A DNA stretch of 28,043 bases from a virus (lineage: Duplodnaviria > Caudoviricetes), in the IMG/VR virus record IMGVR_UViG_3300044949_001396, positions 1-28,043 of that record; one strand, 5' to 3'. This document shows, piece by piece, positions 26,801-28,043 of the stretch. Numbering within the stretch: the first letter of the stretch is position 1; each line of letters opens with the position of its first letter. A program made the translations under genes and the position numbers. The notes under the pieces are model-generated. The model did not search any database. It was given only the letters and a program-made list of their open reading frames with translations, and had not been told where the DNA came from.

Positions 26801-27947
26801 TCCCTACGACGTGGCTGGGCCGCTGTCGGGCATGGCGCAGGCTGCGTACTCGCTTAAGACCGTGCCGTTCTACTTCACGCCGGCTGCGCCATTGGCGGCT
26901 GCGTCTGACTTTGGAGAGGCGGTAATCGACACCAAGAGCGCCCTCGACAAGGGCGACTATCTTGGTGCTGGCGTGACAGGCGCTCTCGGCGTTGCAGCCC
27001 CTGCGGTTGCCTATCGCAGGCAGGCCGGAGACGCCGTGCGCAGCGGCCTTGAGGCGGCTCGCCGCTTCGTCGCCCGCAACCCCGGCACCGCGACTGCGGT
27101 TGGCGCTGGTGCTGCCACGCTGGCTCCGGAAGATGCCGAGGCGAGTGGTTCGGGTCTAATTCGCCGTGGGCTCGATGCGGTGCGAGGCGTCCGCGCTTAC
27201 CACGGTTCGCCGCATAGCTTTGACCGTTTTGACCTATCCAAAATCGGAACGGGCGAAGGCGCGCAGGCGTATGGGCATGGGCTGTATTTTGCGGAAGCTG
27301 AGCCTGTTGCGCGGGGTTACAGAGACAAGCTGACTTCCGGAACCTACAAAACTTCGGCAGGAGAGATATTCGATCCTTTCACTTTAGAGCATTTGAATAT
27401 CAAGGTTCCTGCTTACAAGAGTATCGACAATGCGATTGAGCGTGGTTTTGAACTTCTTCAAACCCAGCCTGAAAGGCGTGATTTGATCACCCGAGATCTT
27501 AATCGGTTGATGGCTGCGCGAGATGCGGGGGCTGTGCCAAACCCCGGCAGCATGTACGAAGTCAATATTCGCGCTAATCCTGAGCAGTTTCTTGATTGGG
27601 ATAAACCTGCTGCTGAGCAGCCAATGCTTAACAGGCTTCCCATGATTACAGATCTTCGTCGCGACATTGGGCCTCAAGAATTTAATCGTATGAGCTTTGG
27701 TGGTGCGTATGAAACGCTTGGTAATGCTGGCGAGCTTGAGGAAGCAGCTAGAAAAGCTGGCATCCCCGGCATCAAATATCTTGACCAAGGCTCCCGTGGC
27801 GCTGGCGAAGGATCACGGAACTATGTCGTCTTTGATGACAAGCTGATTGACATACTTCGCAAATACGGCATCCCATTGATGGCCGCTGGAACCGGCGCGT
27901 CTGCGCTTCAAGATGTCTCGTCGCCGCGCGAGGAAACTGTCCCTTAA
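23826..27947 (+). CDS. Large polyvalent protein: ART-like, SAM methyltransferase, putative ART-fold, hydrophobic linker, ART-like
   Basis: Two copies of AYHxSPHxFDRFDLSKIGTGEGAQAYGHGLYFAE...YEVNI...GIPGIKYLD...NYVVFDD; IDYGAGRG...NVLNV; HN...PSIA...FGDISL...YFEAKPQR. Confidence 0.8.
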   Translation: MAGEKLVRRALEAVRKPAAAPREGIRAYHSSPHDFDRFDLSKIGTGEGAQAYGHGLYFAESPKVSGQGGDYWRQFWNKMPSGPERSAATALFANKFDRDKAIDHLLRDIEYNSARGVPGKYGNGPDIEEGHRLLAQEGQQALDILRSGQIAGPRTYEVNIRANPEQFLDWDKPLREQPEVVQNFFQARVNPSKGRAYNDDEFRSAFGNPLSGTPYEGAASSRGFLEPILSGGQESADFVNLVAKSNPEAASSLQAAIDKYARFNSPTGADVYQAIAHSNRSTIGFVPSFDRGVSASQELLEAGIPGIKYLDAGSRDAGEGTRNYVVFDDRMVDIMKKYGLPMMTAGAGAASMADQPVAQEEPRDGFADGGVILKALRAVRGLPPAENSRLTQIATTGPSYDKALRHLERAGIEGRAIDYGAGRGHGLRSIGADTFEPYPQGWTPTFTKPEDIPDDVYRRLVNLNVLNVLDPEARQSAVLNMGRIVEPGGGGVISTRGRDVMAARGEPGPEPMSLIIGEGDSARYQKGFTPRELREYVGDTLGPRFDVEPSDVGAASIMFRRNREDGGPVEEREGYQKGGVIARAIEAARKAVAPKDLLMGIHNTAEGRKLDMIERLGGLPAPSIAITKPSQGYTSFGDISLVAPVEMVTPGRKTPVFGSDVYSPRFPDVEDDQIFRGFTPAGRRRYAPLTMENVLREMKGNIRGGESFNYGPASIRAQVTPQFGSLPEMQAARDKIIPASEFGAQKDMSAEMMERLRERFEPYFKPTDSYRRSWSAFPEVLTDYARTGRPSEFAYDYKDLPAEALTDARSFLSHLRDMPTEYFEAKPQRGVPLSEFAGAVVPADVPGSVVDRIRNMGINRIEEYGDDASRAAALMKFVGEQGFADGGGVKGGRLLEDEYPTQYLPNVGRQVMADGGSPAAEKYEAMPGFFSRMLGLSGGSQPEADIQQYENRMRAIAQQPEDIRSMTHAPSKPMRPIEIEGGFIGKRQLGEAPYDVAGPLSGMAQAAYSLKTVPFYFTPAAPLAAASDFGEAVIDTKSALDKGDYLGAGVTGALGVAAPAVAYRRQAGDAVRSGLEAARRFVARNPGTATAVGAGAATLAPEDAEASGSGLIRRGLDAVRGVRAYHGSPHSFDRFDLSKIGTGEGAQAYGHGLYFAEAEPVARGYRDKLTSGTYKTSAGEIFDPFTLEHLNIKVPAYKSIDNAIERGFELLQTQPERRDLITRDLNRLMAARDAGAVPNPGSMYEVNIRANPEQFLDWDKPAAEQPMLNRLPMITDLRRDIGPQEFNRMSFGGAYETLGNAGELEEAARKAGIPGIKYLDQGSRGAGEGSRNYVVFDDKLIDILRKYGIPLMAAGTGASALQDVSSPREETVP

Positions 27948-27991
27948 CCAAGCGGCACGGGGGACGCCCCGTCAACTCCGGAGTGACGTGC

Positions 27992-28043
27992 ATGTCTGAC
28001 ATGGCAAAGAAGGCCCGCGAGGCGATGAAGGGCAAGGCCCGAA
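27992..28043 (+). CDS. Start of the next late gene, truncated by the window
   Basis: GGAG at 27980-27983, then MSDMAKKAREAMKGKAR open to the window end. Confidence 0.65.
   Translation, partial: MSDMAKKAREAMKGKAR

Noticed and set aside
27054-27080. Tat signal in AARRFVAR
   Set aside because: It is internal and does not fit S/T-R-R-x-F-L-K spacing.
23895-27890. Duplicated ART blocks as a diversity-generating retroelement TR/VR pair
   Set aside because: No reverse transcriptase in the window. Differences are mostly synonymous at all bases rather than adenine-specific, and both copies are coding.

Overview
This window is about 28 kb of a GC-rich tailed phage genome. It is probably a podovirus (P22-type portal, no tail tube or tape-measure gene seen) infecting an alphaproteobacterium, since it carries a GapR/DUF2312 gene and a stand-alone DnaA C-terminal-like gene. 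Left to right: the end of an internal virion/ejection-like protein and a tail-collar/fibre gene (+); a leftward operon with a signal-peptide lytic transglycosylase, dCTP deaminase, DnaA-CTD-like and DUF6378-like genes; a divergent Cro-like gene; a leftward recombination module (VRR-NUC, SF2 helicase, Cas4-like nuclease, DUF669 SSB, Sak4-like ATPase); an HTH gene and primase-helicase followed by an iteron-like origin candidate; a leftward array of small orphan genes sharing repeated promoters and leaders; and the rightward late operon (GapR, TerS, DNA methyltransferase, TerL, portal, a 1373-aa polyvalent protein). The most unusual object is the post-portal protein. It strings together two ART-PolyVal-like domains, a SAM methyltransferase and a probable third ART-fold domain, joined by recurring xxxGGxV and xxxALxAVR linker motifs. 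Those motifs also end the ejection-like protein, suggesting a shared capsid-loading or processing signal for injected effectors. No integrase, tRNA or CRISPR array was seen. All family calls come from reading motifs by eye, not from database searches.
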